From: a virus
Taxonomy: Duplodnaviria > Caudoviricetes
Strand: one strand, 5' to 3'
DNA: 64,000 nucleotides
Virus record (IMG/VR): IMGVR_UViG_3300048606_000027
Span: 3,224 to 67,223 of that record
Part shown: piece by piece, positions 1-9,560 of the stretch
Layout of the letters: each line of letters begins with the position of its first letter
Position numbering within the stretch: the stretch's first letter is position 1
Position numbers and translations under genes: made by a program
Notes under the pieces: model-generated
The model's input: only the letters and a program-made list of their open reading frames with translations
Databases searched by the model: none
Told to the model about the DNA's origin: nothing

Positions 1-396
1 GGAACCGTCTCGGCCGCTGACAAGGGCCTCGTGCTGAACTCCGGCACTGTCCAAATGATCAACACGGTCACGCTGACCGGGACAGCAGCCGGGACGATCA
101 CCATCGCGCCCACGACCGGCACGCTGGATGTCATCGTTAACCTACCGGCCGCTGGGGGAACCGTGACCGTCGCCGCGGCCCCCACATTCGCCCGGCAACG
201 GGCCGAGGTCGATTTCAAACACGGCGCCACGGCCAGTATCGTCACGCTCAATAGCGGGTTCGCGTTCGGCACAGCGGGAGGTCCCACAAGCTACACCGCC
301 GGGACAGTAGCGAACTCGATTGATCGCTTACTGTTGCTTTCGCCCGACGGAACGAAATGGGCCGTCATGGCGATCAATCAGGGCTTCACCGTCTGA
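1..396 (+). CDS. Tail/tail-fibre-associated structural protein, 5'-partial
   Basis: Frame is open from base 1; Thr/Gly/Ala-rich beta-type sequence; stop overlaps the next ATG (TGATG at 394-398). Confidence 0.5.
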   Translation, partial: GTVSAADKGLVLNSGTVQMINTVTLTGTAAGTITIAPTTGTLDVIVNLPAAGGTVTVAAAPTFARQRAEVDFKHGATASIVTLNSGFAFGTAGGPTSYTAGTVANSIDRLLLLSPDGTKWAVMAINQGFTV

Positions 397-1415
397 TGGC
401 CACTACCGTCATCCTGACATCTGGCACCACATGGGCGGTTCCCGCTGATTGGGTGCAGGCCGGTAGCGAAGTCCATACGATCGGTGGTGGTTCGGGAGGT
501 GGCTCCGGTGCTGGCGTTTTTGCTTATCCGCCGGGTGGCGGTGGCGGCGCGTATTCCAAAGAGATCAATGTAGCTTTCACCCCGTCGTCCACGGTCAATA
601 TGATGATTGGCGCGGGTGGCACAGGAAGCGCGGCTGGTGGTGGAGCGGCTGGTGGTGATACCTGGATCGCGACCAACAATACCGCGACATCGATTATTTC
701 GTCTGGTGTTATTTGCGGTGCCAAAGGCGGCAACCCGGGCGTTCGTAATGTATTTCCAACCAATAGCGGAGGGCCGGGTCTAGGCCAGGGCGGGCAAGCA
801 TCGGCAGGCGTTGGCTCTACGAAAATGAATGGCGGAGATGCTCCCGCCAGCACCGGATTCGCGGGTAATCAGGGAGGCCAAGGAGGCGGCGGTGCGGGCG
901 GCCCGAACGGAAATGGCGCCAACGCAGGGTTGGGGTCTCAATCTGACAATTTGGGTGGAAGCGGCGGCGGCGGTGGCGGCGGCGGTTCGGCCGGCGACTC
1001 GAATACTGGCGGCTCTCCAAGTCAGGCAGGCAAGGTGGGTGGTAATAATTCATCGGCTGCGGGTGGTGGAGCGGCGGGAACCAACGCGCCAACAGCCGGC
1101 GGTAATGGAACCAATGGCGGCGGTGGCGGCGGCGGCGGTTCGAATGGTTCGACCACGGGGACAGTCGGTGGTGATGGCGGCGCAGGCGTTGAGTGGGGAA
1201 CGGCTGGTGCGGGAGGCGGCGGCGGCATGGCCGGGGGAGGCAGTAGCGTCGCTACCAACGGCGGGAATGGTGGCCTATATGGCGGTGGCGGAGCGGCTGG
1301 TCAGGGTGGCGCCGGTGGGCATAGCGGCACAGGCGGGAGCGGCGCTCAGGGTGTTATCGTCATCATCTACACACCGGCTGGGACGGAAACCTCATCCTTC
1401 TTCTTCGGTGCGTGA
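396..1415 (+). CDS. Glycine-rich tail fibre-like protein
   Basis: ATG at 396 coupled to the upstream stop; GGGGGG/GGNGG repeats ending in GAQGVIVIIY, typical of phage Gly-rich fibre domains. Confidence 0.65.
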   Translation: MATTVILTSGTTWAVPADWVQAGSEVHTIGGGSGGGSGAGVFAYPPGGGGGAYSKEINVAFTPSSTVNMMIGAGGTGSAAGGGAAGGDTWIATNNTATSIISSGVICGAKGGNPGVRNVFPTNSGGPGLGQGGQASAGVGSTKMNGGDAPASTGFAGNQGGQGGGGAGGPNGNGANAGLGSQSDNLGGSGGGGGGGGSAGDSNTGGSPSQAGKVGGNNSSAAGGGAAGTNAPTAGGNGTNGGGGGGGGSNGSTTGTVGGDGGAGVEWGTAGAGGGGGMAGGGSSVATNGGNGGLYGGGGAAGQGGAGGHSGTGGSGAQGVIVIIYTPAGTETSSFFFGA

Positions 1416-1456
1416 TGGCGGATGATTATTCCCTGACGATCTGAGCGGGAGGCCGC

Positions 1457-1936
1457 ATGTCCGAGCCTGACAACCCTCTCGGTCGTCTCGTGGAGATCGA
1501 CCGCGAAGCAACGGAGCGAGAGCGAGAGCAGGCGGAATTTCACGCTCTGGCACTGGCCGTGCTCGACGCTTTGCCCGATGCGCTGATCGTGACGAAGGCC
1601 AGCGGCGAGATCGTCTTGTTCAATGACAAAGCGCAGCACTACTGGCGCTACGTCCGGAGCGAGGTGCTAGGCAAGCCAATCGAAATGTTAATGCCCGCGG
1701 CGTATCGCGAAATCCACGTTCGCCATCGGGCAAAATACAACGATAGCGACTTCTCCCCGTTCGGTCGCACCATGGGTATCGGCCTGCAAATCATGGGACT
1801 GCGAAAGGATGGTGTCACCTTCCCGATCGATATAACGTTGTCACAAATGGTCACGCCTGGAGGTTTGTATAACATGGCGCTCGCTCGACGGCCGATCGCC
1901 GAGCTGATCGATCCTGGAATGCCCTTGGATGGATGA
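1457..1936 (+). CDS. Standalone PAS-domain protein, FixL-like
   Basis: DALIV..GEIVLFN..A...EVLGKPIEMLMP..R..H...GIG...GLRKDGVTFPIDITLSQM follows the FixL-type PAS S-box; no kinase or output domain. Confidence 0.85.
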   Translation: MSEPDNPLGRLVEIDREATEREREQAEFHALALAVLDALPDALIVTKASGEIVLFNDKAQHYWRYVRSEVLGKPIEMLMPAAYREIHVRHRAKYNDSDFSPFGRTMGIGLQIMGLRKDGVTFPIDITLSQMVTPGGLYNMALARRPIAELIDPGMPLDG

Positions 1937-2228
1937 TGACACTGAGTATTCGAGTTGGGTTGAGTCCAGAAGGCTGATCATTTCGCAGCTCTCGGCGATG
2001 GACAGTTCGATCCGTGATCTGAGTAACAGAGTTGACCGCTTCAATGACGCGGCGCGTGAGCGATCCATCGAAATGTCCGAGAAGGCCGCCGAAGCCATCA
2101 ATGGCTTAAATATCCGCGTGTCCATGCTGGAACTAAGAGCGAAGCTATGGGGCGGGGCAGTGGGAGCGATCGTCAGCATCGTGGTAACAATCGTCGCTCA
2201 ATTGGTGTTGCGCGGCCTAAAACCATGA
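1929..2228 (+). CDS. Small coiled-coil protein with C-terminal TM helix (holin/lysis-accessory-like)
   Basis: Heptad-like region followed by hydrophobic LWGGAVGAIVSIVVTIVAQLVL; overlaps the PAS stop. Confidence 0.5.
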   Translation: MDDDTEYSSWVESRRLIISQLSAMDSSIRDLSNRVDRFNDAARERSIEMSEKAAEAINGLNIRVSMLELRAKLWGGAVGAIVSIVVTIVAQLVLRGLKP

Positions 2229-2247
2229 AATCACACAGGGGAACGAA

Positions 2248-2559
2248 ATGAAATACACCACCGTCCTATGCGTCGGTCTGCTGGCCGGGTGCACACCCGC
2301 TCAACAAACCGCGGTCGATCGCTTCGTTGTCACGGGTCAACTGTTTTGCGCGCGAGCCACGGTGACCGGTCCGCTCGTGGTCGCGCTCGCGGATGCGGCT
2401 GGCGTTCCGTTCACAGTCACCGGCAAGTCCGCCGAGGTCGTGGCCAGGGCCTGCGCGGTCATCGGCGCCATCCCAACCACGCCCCCGCCAAACCCAGGTC
2501 AGGCGCCCGTCGTGGCCGCACCGATCGTCGTGGCGCCGGTGGTCAAACCAACTTCCTGA
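2248..2559 (+). CDS. Lipoprotein (spanin-like or membrane accessory)
   Basis: Signal peptide with lipobox LLAG-C; Pro-rich C-terminus; RBS GGGGAA upstream. Confidence 0.6.
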   Translation: MKYTTVLCVGLLAGCTPAQQTAVDRFVVTGQLFCARATVTGPLVVALADAAGVPFTVTGKSAEVVARACAVIGAIPTTPPPNPGQAPVVAAPIVVAPVVKPTS

Positions 2560-2663
2560 TCTTTATCGGGAGTCCGCCACGGTCACTCCGCTGGAGGCTT
2601 TTCTGTGCCCTTCGCCAATGCCACCGCAGATGCGCCCACTTCTCCGGCGGACGAAGGGCGTGG

Positions 2664-2864
2664 TCATCCGGCATTTACTTTCCTTTTCGGAAGAGAGACG
2701 GCTCGCAAATCGCGACCTCGTGGCGTCAACCACAACAGACCACGTGATACAGTGACCAGACCAGCCTTAACGGCCGCTGAACGCATCGCCTTGTCGTTCT
2801 CCCTCTTTTGCCACCAGCGAAAGAACACGGATGGATCGGTGATTCTGTCCGGGTCATCCGGCAT
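2664..2864 (-). CDS. Hypothetical protein
   Basis: ATG overlaps the stop of the upstream ORF; starts MPDDPDRITD. Confidence 0.4.
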   Translation of the reverse strand: MPDDPDRITDPSVFFRWWQKRENDKAMRSAAVKAGLVTVSRGLLWLTPRGRDLRAVSLPKRKVNAG

Positions 2865-3765
2865 CGGGGGTCTCCGGGAAGGCGGCTGCAATCGCCTTGG
2901 TCATCGCCGCGAAATCGTGATCCAATCTTAAACGGTCGCAAATAGCGGCTATCGCCACCGCCTGCGCACGAAACAATCCACTCGTCTCCGCTGACCATGG
3001 CGGGAGGGGTGGCGGTTCGCTCGGTCCTGGCAACGGCGAATGCTTCGGCTTGGCCTTTTGCTTCGCCCGAATCCGCTCAACCTTAGTCCAGCACCGCGCC
3101 AGCTCCTTCTCGGCCGCGGCACCAAGATCAAGCCCATGAGGCGTGCACAGCGCAGCCAGCGTATTCATGACGCCGCCAACTTCCTGTGTCGGGTCGCCCA
3201 CCGGCCGGCCGAACACGTAATCGACGAGTTGATACGCCTCACTTTGTGTGCATCCGCAGGACTGGACGAGCTCCAAGGCTTCTTCGAGGAAGCGGTGGTT
3301 GCGCTCGATCTTGTCTTGCGCGATTTCTTCACCGAAGCAGGCAACGACCCATTCATGAACGCGGACTTGAAACGATGCGCCCCCGGCCAGAGCGGCCACA
3401 CCGGGGTCGTGCGTGCTAATATCCGCCGCCGCATCCCGTGGTGCGCTGTCGGACGGCCGCTCTGGCGCTCCGATGTAATCCGAAGGCATCACGTGGTCGT
3501 AGGAACCGGGGTCCGTCGTCTGGCGCGTGATTTTAACATAAACCTGCCCATGTTCCGTGCCGAACTGGAACTTCTCCCACTGGTCCATGTGCTCGGCCCA
3601 TTGGATGGCCGCGCGAACAAAAGCGCCCCAGGCGGCTTCTTCGTCGGTTGGGGCCGGTGTGGCGACCGGGGAGGCGGAATCCAGTTCCGTCAGAAGTCGG
3701 TCTGCGCTCCACGCATCAGCCCTAAGCCAATGCATGGCAGTTTCCTGTCTGGTTTCTTCGGTCAT
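2854..3765 (-). CDS. Protein with C-terminal MazG-like/dNTP pyrophosphohydrolase-type helical domain
   Basis: RFLEEALELVQ...QEVGGVMNTLAALC acidic helical motifs; start reassigned to 3765 (ATGA overlap with the HNH stop). Confidence 0.55.
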   Translation of the reverse strand: MTEETRQETAMHWLRADAWSADRLLTELDSASPVATPAPTDEEAAWGAFVRAAIQWAEHMDQWEKFQFGTEHGQVYVKITRQTTDPGSYDHVMPSDYIGAPERPSDSAPRDAAADISTHDPGVAALAGGASFQVRVHEWVVACFGEEIAQDKIERNHRFLEEALELVQSCGCTQSEAYQLVDYVFGRPVGDPTQEVGGVMNTLAALCTPHGLDLGAAAEKELARCWTKVERIRAKQKAKPKHSPLPGPSEPPPLPPWSAETSGLFRAQAVAIAAICDRLRLDHDFAAMTKAIAAAFPETPDAG

Positions 3766-4415
3766 GCGGCTACTCGGTCCATTGCTTCGAGAACGCAAAG
3801 AAATGCCTCTATTTCCGAGGCTCCATCACGCTTAACAATACGCGCAACTCGGTGCTTTGGCACTTGGAACTTCCGACACGCGGCGGCGCGATGTATTTTT
3901 TCACCGCAGATAGTTAAAAACCGAGTTTGTCGCCGGTTAATTGATTGCTCCGTGAGAGGCAACCATTTACAATTATCCGAGGAATACCCCTTGTTGTTGT
4001 CTATGCGCTCAATGCTCCCTCCCGCTGGGCACTCGCCCATGTCGGCGAAGAAAGTTTCGAAACTACTTTCCCATTGGTCGCAAACAGTAATTCCGCGCCC
4101 TGCGTAACTCTTGTAGTCTGGATGCTCACTGTCTGTCCGAGAGCAGCGTTTCTTTATGTGACACCAGATATTATAAGTCTTCGTGCGCTTCATTCCGTGA
4201 GTGGTATTAGATCGCTTTGTAGCCAGTTCGTTCAGACAACCGCACGATTTCACATGTCCATTCCTAACATCGACACGCCTTAGCGGAAGGGTCTCATTCC
4301 CACACGGACATACACATACGACCGTCCGAACAATCCAACCTCTGCCGTCTCGATACGATTCCCCATCTCTCAATACCGTAAGCGCAGGCCAGTTATCTGT
4401 TAGATCATCACTCAT
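3762..4415 (-). CDS. HNH-type homing endonuclease (SCGC / GRGITVC family)
   Basis: KSCGCL...YAGRGITVCDQW..FETFFADMG..P..SIERIDNNKGYSSDNCKW; AT-richer than flanks. Confidence 0.8.
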   Translation of the reverse strand: MSDDLTDNWPALTVLRDGESYRDGRGWIVRTVVCVCPCGNETLPLRRVDVRNGHVKSCGCLNELATKRSNTTHGMKRTKTYNIWCHIKKRCSRTDSEHPDYKSYAGRGITVCDQWESSFETFFADMGECPAGGSIERIDNNKGYSSDNCKWLPLTEQSINRRQTRFLTICGEKIHRAAACRKFQVPKHRVARIVKRDGASEIEAFLCVLEAMDRVAA

Positions 4416-4749
4416 CGTTGACCTCCCTCACTCGCGCACACGCGGCATTGAGTGCGGCGGCGGGGGTTGGGCCACACTCGAAAATATCATCTCGGCCATC
4501 CTCTGGTTTGGCCCGTAACGTGACTTCCAGGCCATCATCTGGTAGCGCGGCGAGAGATATAAATTCCCATCCCTCCGGCACCCGCGACAAATCCAGTGCG
4601 TTGGCCCGAAGGGTGGCGAGTTCGGTTTCGAGCGCGGTGAGAGCCACCTTAGCATCGTTCCATCGGGCGCCGAACCGCGATCCTCCAGCGCCATCCAATC
4701 GTTGCGCGAGTTCCAATGCCTCGCGGATTATCTCAATGTTCTCGCTCAC
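4408..4749 (-). CDS. Hypothetical protein
   Basis: Coupled to both neighbours; backbone codon usage. Confidence 0.55.
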   Translation of the reverse strand: MSENIEIIREALELAQRLDGAGGSRFGARWNDAKVALTALETELATLRANALDLSRVPEGWEFISLAALPDDGLEVTLRAKPEDGRDDIFECGPTPAAALNAACARVREVNDE

Positions 4750-7091
4750 GTCCGCACCTCAAACGTCGCCATCTTAGCCTGGACGGCACGGCGCATGGTG
4801 CGCCACTCTGCCGGAGCGTGCCGTGCCAGCGTCGCGCTAAGCATCACGTTGTCCTGAACGCCGCCAAGCGCCGCGACCTGATCCTTGGCCGTGCACACGG
4901 CAATCTTCTCCATCATGGCACCGAGGTCCGTTCGTAGCTTCTCCATCGGCGGGGCCACCTCCGGACCATGCGCGGCCGCGGCGATCCGGCCACGCTCCAT
5001 CCGCTCGGCCGCCACCACGCTCTCATAGAGCCAGGCGTCTCCGGCCTTGAGCCGGTCCCAGTCGCGGATCGTGCCGCTGTAGGCTTTATAGGTGTCCATC
5101 TCGGCGATTGTGCCAAATCCCTCCATGTCCAAAATGATTCCGGTCGCCAACAACTCCATCGTCTGAACGGCGCTCTTCGGCGGTGGCGGGCTGATGGCCT
5201 TCTGGGCGGCTTCCACGAGAACCTTGGCCGCGAGACGGCGGGCGGGCGGGAACGCGCTGTAGGTCGCCTCATTCGCCGTCACAACGCGATTGATCCAGTC
5301 CGGCGTGGCTTCCATCGCCAGCACGACTTTGAGCCGTTCCATGTAACTCGTGAACTCGGCGGGCGTGGCCTTCGCCGGCGGCATCACGAACGCGGGATCG
5401 ATCGGCGCGCCGGTCCCATTGCCCATGACGGCCTTGGGTGCGCCTTCGCCGGTATCCTTCGGCGCCAGGATGCGCGCCACCTCCGTGCTGGCGATTTGAG
5501 CGGCGATCAGGCTGTCATGGTTGGCCTTGCGGAAGAGGTCGAGCGTTCCGGGAAACTCGTTGGCCTCCGCTTCTTTGAACGCGCGGGCGAACGCCACCGG
5601 ATCGGTGAATGCCTCCAGCACGCCATCTTCGTCGGGGATTTCGTTGCCCTCGCCGTCCACGAGCCATGCTTCAAACGCCACGGCCCCAGCGGCAGGGTTG
5701 TCATGACCGCCCTGACCGCTGGGTGCCGACGCTGCCGGAACGGCTGGCGCTTCGTGGGCCACGGGGGCCTGTGTCTGTGTGGGTTCCATCAGGCCGAGCG
5801 TTGGCTCTTCCTTGGCCACAACGGGCTGTTGAGCGCTGTCCCGCGCCGCCTGGCGCTCGGCCTCCCAACGGTCCTCCGGGATACCATCTTCCTGCGGCTT
5901 GGCTTGCTCGGCCGCGCGTGCCGCTTCCATCTCGGCCTTGGTGCGGCGCGGCGCGCGTGTCGGCTTGTTCGCTTCGTGCTGCGTTTCCACGCCGGCCCAT
6001 GCACCGTTGGGCGCCGTTGGCCCGCTGTCTCGTGGGGAAAGCCGCGCGATCGTCTCATCCCAGATCGATTGCATCTTCTGGCGGATCGCGTGCGGCGCCT
6101 TCGTGGCGGCCAGCTTCACGACTTCCATCGAGCGAAGATCGGACAGTTCGCCCATCGTCGTGCAGGACATCCCGCATTCGTCCAATAGTTCGATCCATGC
6201 ATCGGGATCAGGCTCATTCATCAGGCGCTCAAAGAGGCTCTTGACGGGCGCGATGGCTCCATTGCCGGCCTGAAAATGCTCCCGCTTTGGTTCAACGGGC
6301 GATACGAAACCAGTCTCAGTGACCGGCGTTTCGTCCAGCATGCGATGCACGATGTCCGACTTCACCAATTCGCAAACCGATTCGTAGTCATAGGCCGATG
6401 GCACGAAACCGAGAGCCGAGAACACAACTTCAGGATACCGCACGTCCATGTTGAAGCTCATCGCCGTGACAACCTGCGTGACGTCGATCCCCGCGATGCT
6501 CAGTTGCCCGCAGTATTTCGCGAGGTTCGGGATGCTCATGACCGGCAGGCGAAGCATCATCGGGCCACCGAGTGCGTTATTCTGAATGTCGCCGGCCGGA
6601 ACCACCGCGATCTTCCGGCCGTCGCGGCATGCCTTCCCCTTCCCTCGCGTGCCATCGTCGGAGATGGCCGACTCGAACTGGTTCTTGGGACAGGTTGAGC
6701 ACAGCTCGGATTGCATGTTCGGCGACGTTGGATCGGGCGTCTCGCCATTGGTCGAAAAGCAGTCCGGCATCAGAATTTTCACGCCAGGCTGAAACGCCTT
6801 CGCATACCACGCCTTGCTGATAGCTGCGGAAATACCGACAATCACGACTTCAAGAGCCCGAACCGGTTCCTCGGGAAGCGGACGGCCAGAATGATCGGTG
6901 CCAGCAGATGCTTTGATGACGGTCTCGACGCCGCGGTGCGTCACGGACCAAATGCGGCCTTCAATTGACACCACCGGGAACGCCAGCCTTACCCCCTGTT
7001 GCGCGTTAGCATTGAGTGATACGGCGTTCGCGTTCGCGAGGATATGCGCGGGCGGCGCGCCGGGTTGAAACAGGATCATCTCGTTGGGCAC
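4746..7091 (-). CDS. Large protein with N-terminal putative ssDNA-binding/recombination domain and long Ala/Pro-rich C-terminal region
   Basis: N-terminal PDCFS.NG..PD...CSTCPKNQF..GKGKACRD.RKIAVV...PMMLRLP motif seen in phage SSB/recombination-module proteins. Confidence 0.5.
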   Translation of the reverse strand: MPNEMILFQPGAPPAHILANANAVSLNANAQQGVRLAFPVVSIEGRIWSVTHRGVETVIKASAGTDHSGRPLPEEPVRALEVVIVGISAAISKAWYAKAFQPGVKILMPDCFSTNGETPDPTSPNMQSELCSTCPKNQFESAISDDGTRGKGKACRDGRKIAVVPAGDIQNNALGGPMMLRLPVMSIPNLAKYCGQLSIAGIDVTQVVTAMSFNMDVRYPEVVFSALGFVPSAYDYESVCELVKSDIVHRMLDETPVTETGFVSPVEPKREHFQAGNGAIAPVKSLFERLMNEPDPDAWIELLDECGMSCTTMGELSDLRSMEVVKLAATKAPHAIRQKMQSIWDETIARLSPRDSGPTAPNGAWAGVETQHEANKPTRAPRRTKAEMEAARAAEQAKPQEDGIPEDRWEAERQAARDSAQQPVVAKEEPTLGLMEPTQTQAPVAHEAPAVPAASAPSGQGGHDNPAAGAVAFEAWLVDGEGNEIPDEDGVLEAFTDPVAFARAFKEAEANEFPGTLDLFRKANHDSLIAAQIASTEVARILAPKDTGEGAPKAVMGNGTGAPIDPAFVMPPAKATPAEFTSYMERLKVVLAMEATPDWINRVVTANEATYSAFPPARRLAAKVLVEAAQKAISPPPPKSAVQTMELLATGIILDMEGFGTIAEMDTYKAYSGTIRDWDRLKAGDAWLYESVVAAERMERGRIAAAAHGPEVAPPMEKLRTDLGAMMEKIAVCTAKDQVAALGGVQDNVMLSATLARHAPAEWRTMRRAVQAKMATFEVRT

Positions 7092-7193
7092 TTCGTTGTT
7101 CCTTACTGGTGTGATCTGGAATAGCGTATTTAAGTTCTTGCGTCGATACGGACGACGCGGGTCATGTGCGTTTCTCCATTAGAACGATTATGT

Positions 7194-7979
7194 TTATCTG
7201 CGCACCATCAGAACCGGTTCATCAACAATTGTCACACCCGCGATGGTTGGGATCGGCGTGCCTGCATTTCCCGCCGCCTGAACGATCAACGCCCTGTCGG
7301 GCAGGCACAAATGGCGAGGAACAAGATGCGCTTCACCGTCGTTGATCGTCACCACGCGCCGATAAGTGTGCGAACTGGTGCCCACATCGCCGCCATGCAC
7401 GCGTGTCAAATCGGCCGCTTTCCCGGTCGCCACCAGCCGCGCGGCGTCGGATGCCTCGGCGGCGGCGATGGCGTCGTCATAGGTCATCGTGCCGCCAGTG
7501 TCAGCGGACTTCTCGGCCATGCGCGATAGTTCGGCCTGACGATTGGCTTCGGCGAGCGCGTCGTCGCGTATCTTCTTTTCCTTCGCGACCTTATAGTTGA
7601 GCGAGGCGCGGTTGACGGCGGACGCGACGGCCTCGACCGAAACCGCGACGGCGGCGAATGGACCCTTTTTCAAGCTCCCGATCGCGTTATCAGCAGCCAG
7701 GATCGGTGCTTTCAGGGCCACGCGCGCGGCCTCGACGCGGCCCGATCCGCTGATGAAGCGCTGCACGACAGCAAGGATTTCAGCCGCGATCCCGTCTTGC
7801 TCATCGGTCTCGATGGTCGGATGCGCGGCCGTAAACCGCTTGCATGAGCCAATCAGTTCCTCGGCCCGCGCCTTTAGTGGCGCGATTTCCGCGTCGATCA
7901 ATGCTTTGATCATCGGAGGCGGGATCAGTTCGGCCAAGGTTGGCGGCTGGTTGTGACCGATGGGAGGTGCGTCGCTCAT
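7194..7979 (-). CDS. Coiled-coil phage protein of the recombination module (Gam/Gp157-like, tentative)
   Basis: Starts MSDAPPIGHNQPP; helical Ala-rich body. Confidence 0.4.
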   Translation of the reverse strand: MSDAPPIGHNQPPTLAELIPPPMIKALIDAEIAPLKARAEELIGSCKRFTAAHPTIETDEQDGIAAEILAVVQRFISGSGRVEAARVALKAPILAADNAIGSLKKGPFAAVAVSVEAVASAVNRASLNYKVAKEKKIRDDALAEANRQAELSRMAEKSADTGGTMTYDDAIAAAEASDAARLVATGKAADLTRVHGGDVGTSSHTYRRVVTINDGEAHLVPRHLCLPDRALIVQAAGNAGTPIPTIAGVTIVDEPVLMVRR

Positions 7980-7990
7980 GGCTGCGTCTT

Positions 7991-8308
7991 TCAAAATGGG
8001 ATAAGCGTGTCCAGATCGATCGCCCGGCGCGGATTGGCCGCGGCGTCGTCGGGTTTGTAGATTTCCGCCCAACGCTTGCGGCCAATGCGATAGGCAACTT
8101 CGTCTGGCGTCGAGGAACGCCCATACCAGTGCACGGTCTCAAGCATTGGCAGGCTCCACGGGTCATACGCCGGACCTTGGTGATGACCGTCTATGGAAAC
8201 GGACCATTGGTTGTCTTCAAACTTGACTTCCGCTCCTACCCACGGGCCTCCTCGGACTAACCTGAGTAGGTAATACCCTGGAGTTGGAATGTCGGACTGT
8301 CTGGTCAT
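7991..8308 (-). CDS. Conserved hypothetical phage protein; 5' end supplied by the HNH cassette
   Basis: PGYYLLRLVRGGPWVGAEV...; AT-richer 5' third and GC-rich remainder. Confidence 0.6.
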   Translation of the reverse strand: MTRQSDIPTPGYYLLRLVRGGPWVGAEVKFEDNQWSVSIDGHHQGPAYDPWSLPMLETVHWYGRSSTPDEVAYRIGRKRWAEIYKPDDAAANPRRAIDLDTLIPF

Positions 8309-8964
8309 GAGGCCCTGGTAGCGTAAAAATTTAGCGCTTGCTGGTGACTTTCCTTGTGATTTCTCATTCTTTTCCAGAGCGCTGAGTGATTAACATTCAG
8401 AACCCTTAAGGCATCATTAAGTATCAAGGGGGTGCCGCGCAACATCACACGGACGTTGTCACGTTTGTTCCTTTGTTGATCATTGGTGGTGGCCCACACG
8501 CAATTATCAGGCCAATATCCTCGCGAATTATTCTTGCGTTCTATGCTATGCTCAGGCGTTGGCCTCTCGCCCATATCAGATAGGAACGCTTCAAATGAAG
8601 CACCCCATCGCGGGTCTACATCCAATCCTCGACCGCCGTAATTTTCATACCCTTGAAAATTAGGATTGCGAATACGTCTAAGCATCCCCTGCCACGTCCG
8701 ATAAACCCCCCGTAGCTCCATTGCTCTGCCGTGCGTTCTATGAAGTGGCGGATCCTTGGCTTCGCATCCGCATGATTTTGTTCGTAAGTTAGTAACCCGA
8801 CTAACACCAACTTTCTTCGGAACGGAGCCGCAGTCGCATTGAACCGTTGCCAAATATCCAGCGGGCACGCTCGACCCATTGGTGATATCTAGAATGGTCA
8901 GTTTCCCAAACACCTGGCCAATCAGCGCCTTGTGTCTCGCTTTATGCGCTAGCGTGATTGCCAC
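8305..8964 (-). CDS. HNH-type homing endonuclease (SCGC / YGGRG family)
   Basis: TKSCGC...NYGGRGLDVDPRW..FEAFLSDMGERP...SIERKNNSRGYWPDNCVW; GTG start after GAAAGGGG RBS; AT-rich. Confidence 0.8.
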   Translation of the reverse strand: MAITLAHKARHKALIGQVFGKLTILDITNGSSVPAGYLATVQCDCGSVPKKVGVSRVTNLRTKSCGCEAKDPPLHRTHGRAMELRGVYRTWQGMLRRIRNPNFQGYENYGGRGLDVDPRWGASFEAFLSDMGERPTPEHSIERKNNSRGYWPDNCVWATTNDQQRNKRDNVRVMLRGTPLILNDALRVLNVNHSALWKRMRNHKESHQQALNFYATRAS

Positions 8965-9137
8965 GATGAAACCCCTTTCTCGACCGCGAACCACCCGTCC
9001 GCTTCGTTGTGCGTGACCAGCGCGGCGACCAGCGGGCCTTTCGGCACCAATTCGACCAGATAGAAGCCGGGTTCGAGATAGATCGAGGCGGCGATCTGGG
9101 CGGAGGGCGGTTCGGGCTGGCGAGGCGGTTGGGTCAT
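8949..9137 (-). pseudogene. Truncated N-terminal paralog of 7991-8308, interrupted by the HNH cassette
   Basis: EPGFYLVELVPKGPLVAALV aligns with TPGYYLLRLVRGGPWVGAEV; ORF runs into the HNH RBS and stops. Confidence 0.55.
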
Positions 9138-9538
9138 TCGTCGCCGGGCAGCAACAACTGAGAGCACGACAGATGGAACTGAACCTCTTGCCCCGAGAAC
9201 CACGCGATCAGACAATCGATGGTCGGGAAGGTGTAGATATCGCTTTCGGTGGCCATCGCGATCCGTCGATCATCTTCGGTCGTATCGAGGTTCAGATACC
9301 GCCAGAAAATAAAAACCAGAGCCTCCTTGGCGTTCGACTTCATCGGGCCGATACCAGGGCCGTAATGCACCGGATCGCCGAGTTTAAGTGATGGACGGGC
9401 GACTTTGGAACGAACGCGTTCAACCACCTGACGCAGCATGTCGGCCTGCGCTTCTTTCATCGGGAACGATGGCTCATCCTCGGTTTGATCAGAAAGCATT
9501 TGCATGAGACTGGCTGGTAATGCGGTGCGGCGGGGCAT
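9134..9538 (-). CDS. Hypothetical protein, first gene of the leftward operon
   Basis: Upstream AGGA-like RBS; no HTH or peptidase signature, so not CI. Confidence 0.55.
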   Translation of the reverse strand: MPRRTALPASLMQMLSDQTEDEPSFPMKEAQADMLRQVVERVRSKVARPSLKLGDPVHYGPGIGPMKSNAKEALVFIFWRYLNLDTTEDDRRIAMATESDIYTFPTIDCLIAWFSGQEVQFHLSCSQLLLPGDE

Positions 9539-9560
9539 TTGGGGGTCCTTGGGTTAGTGA

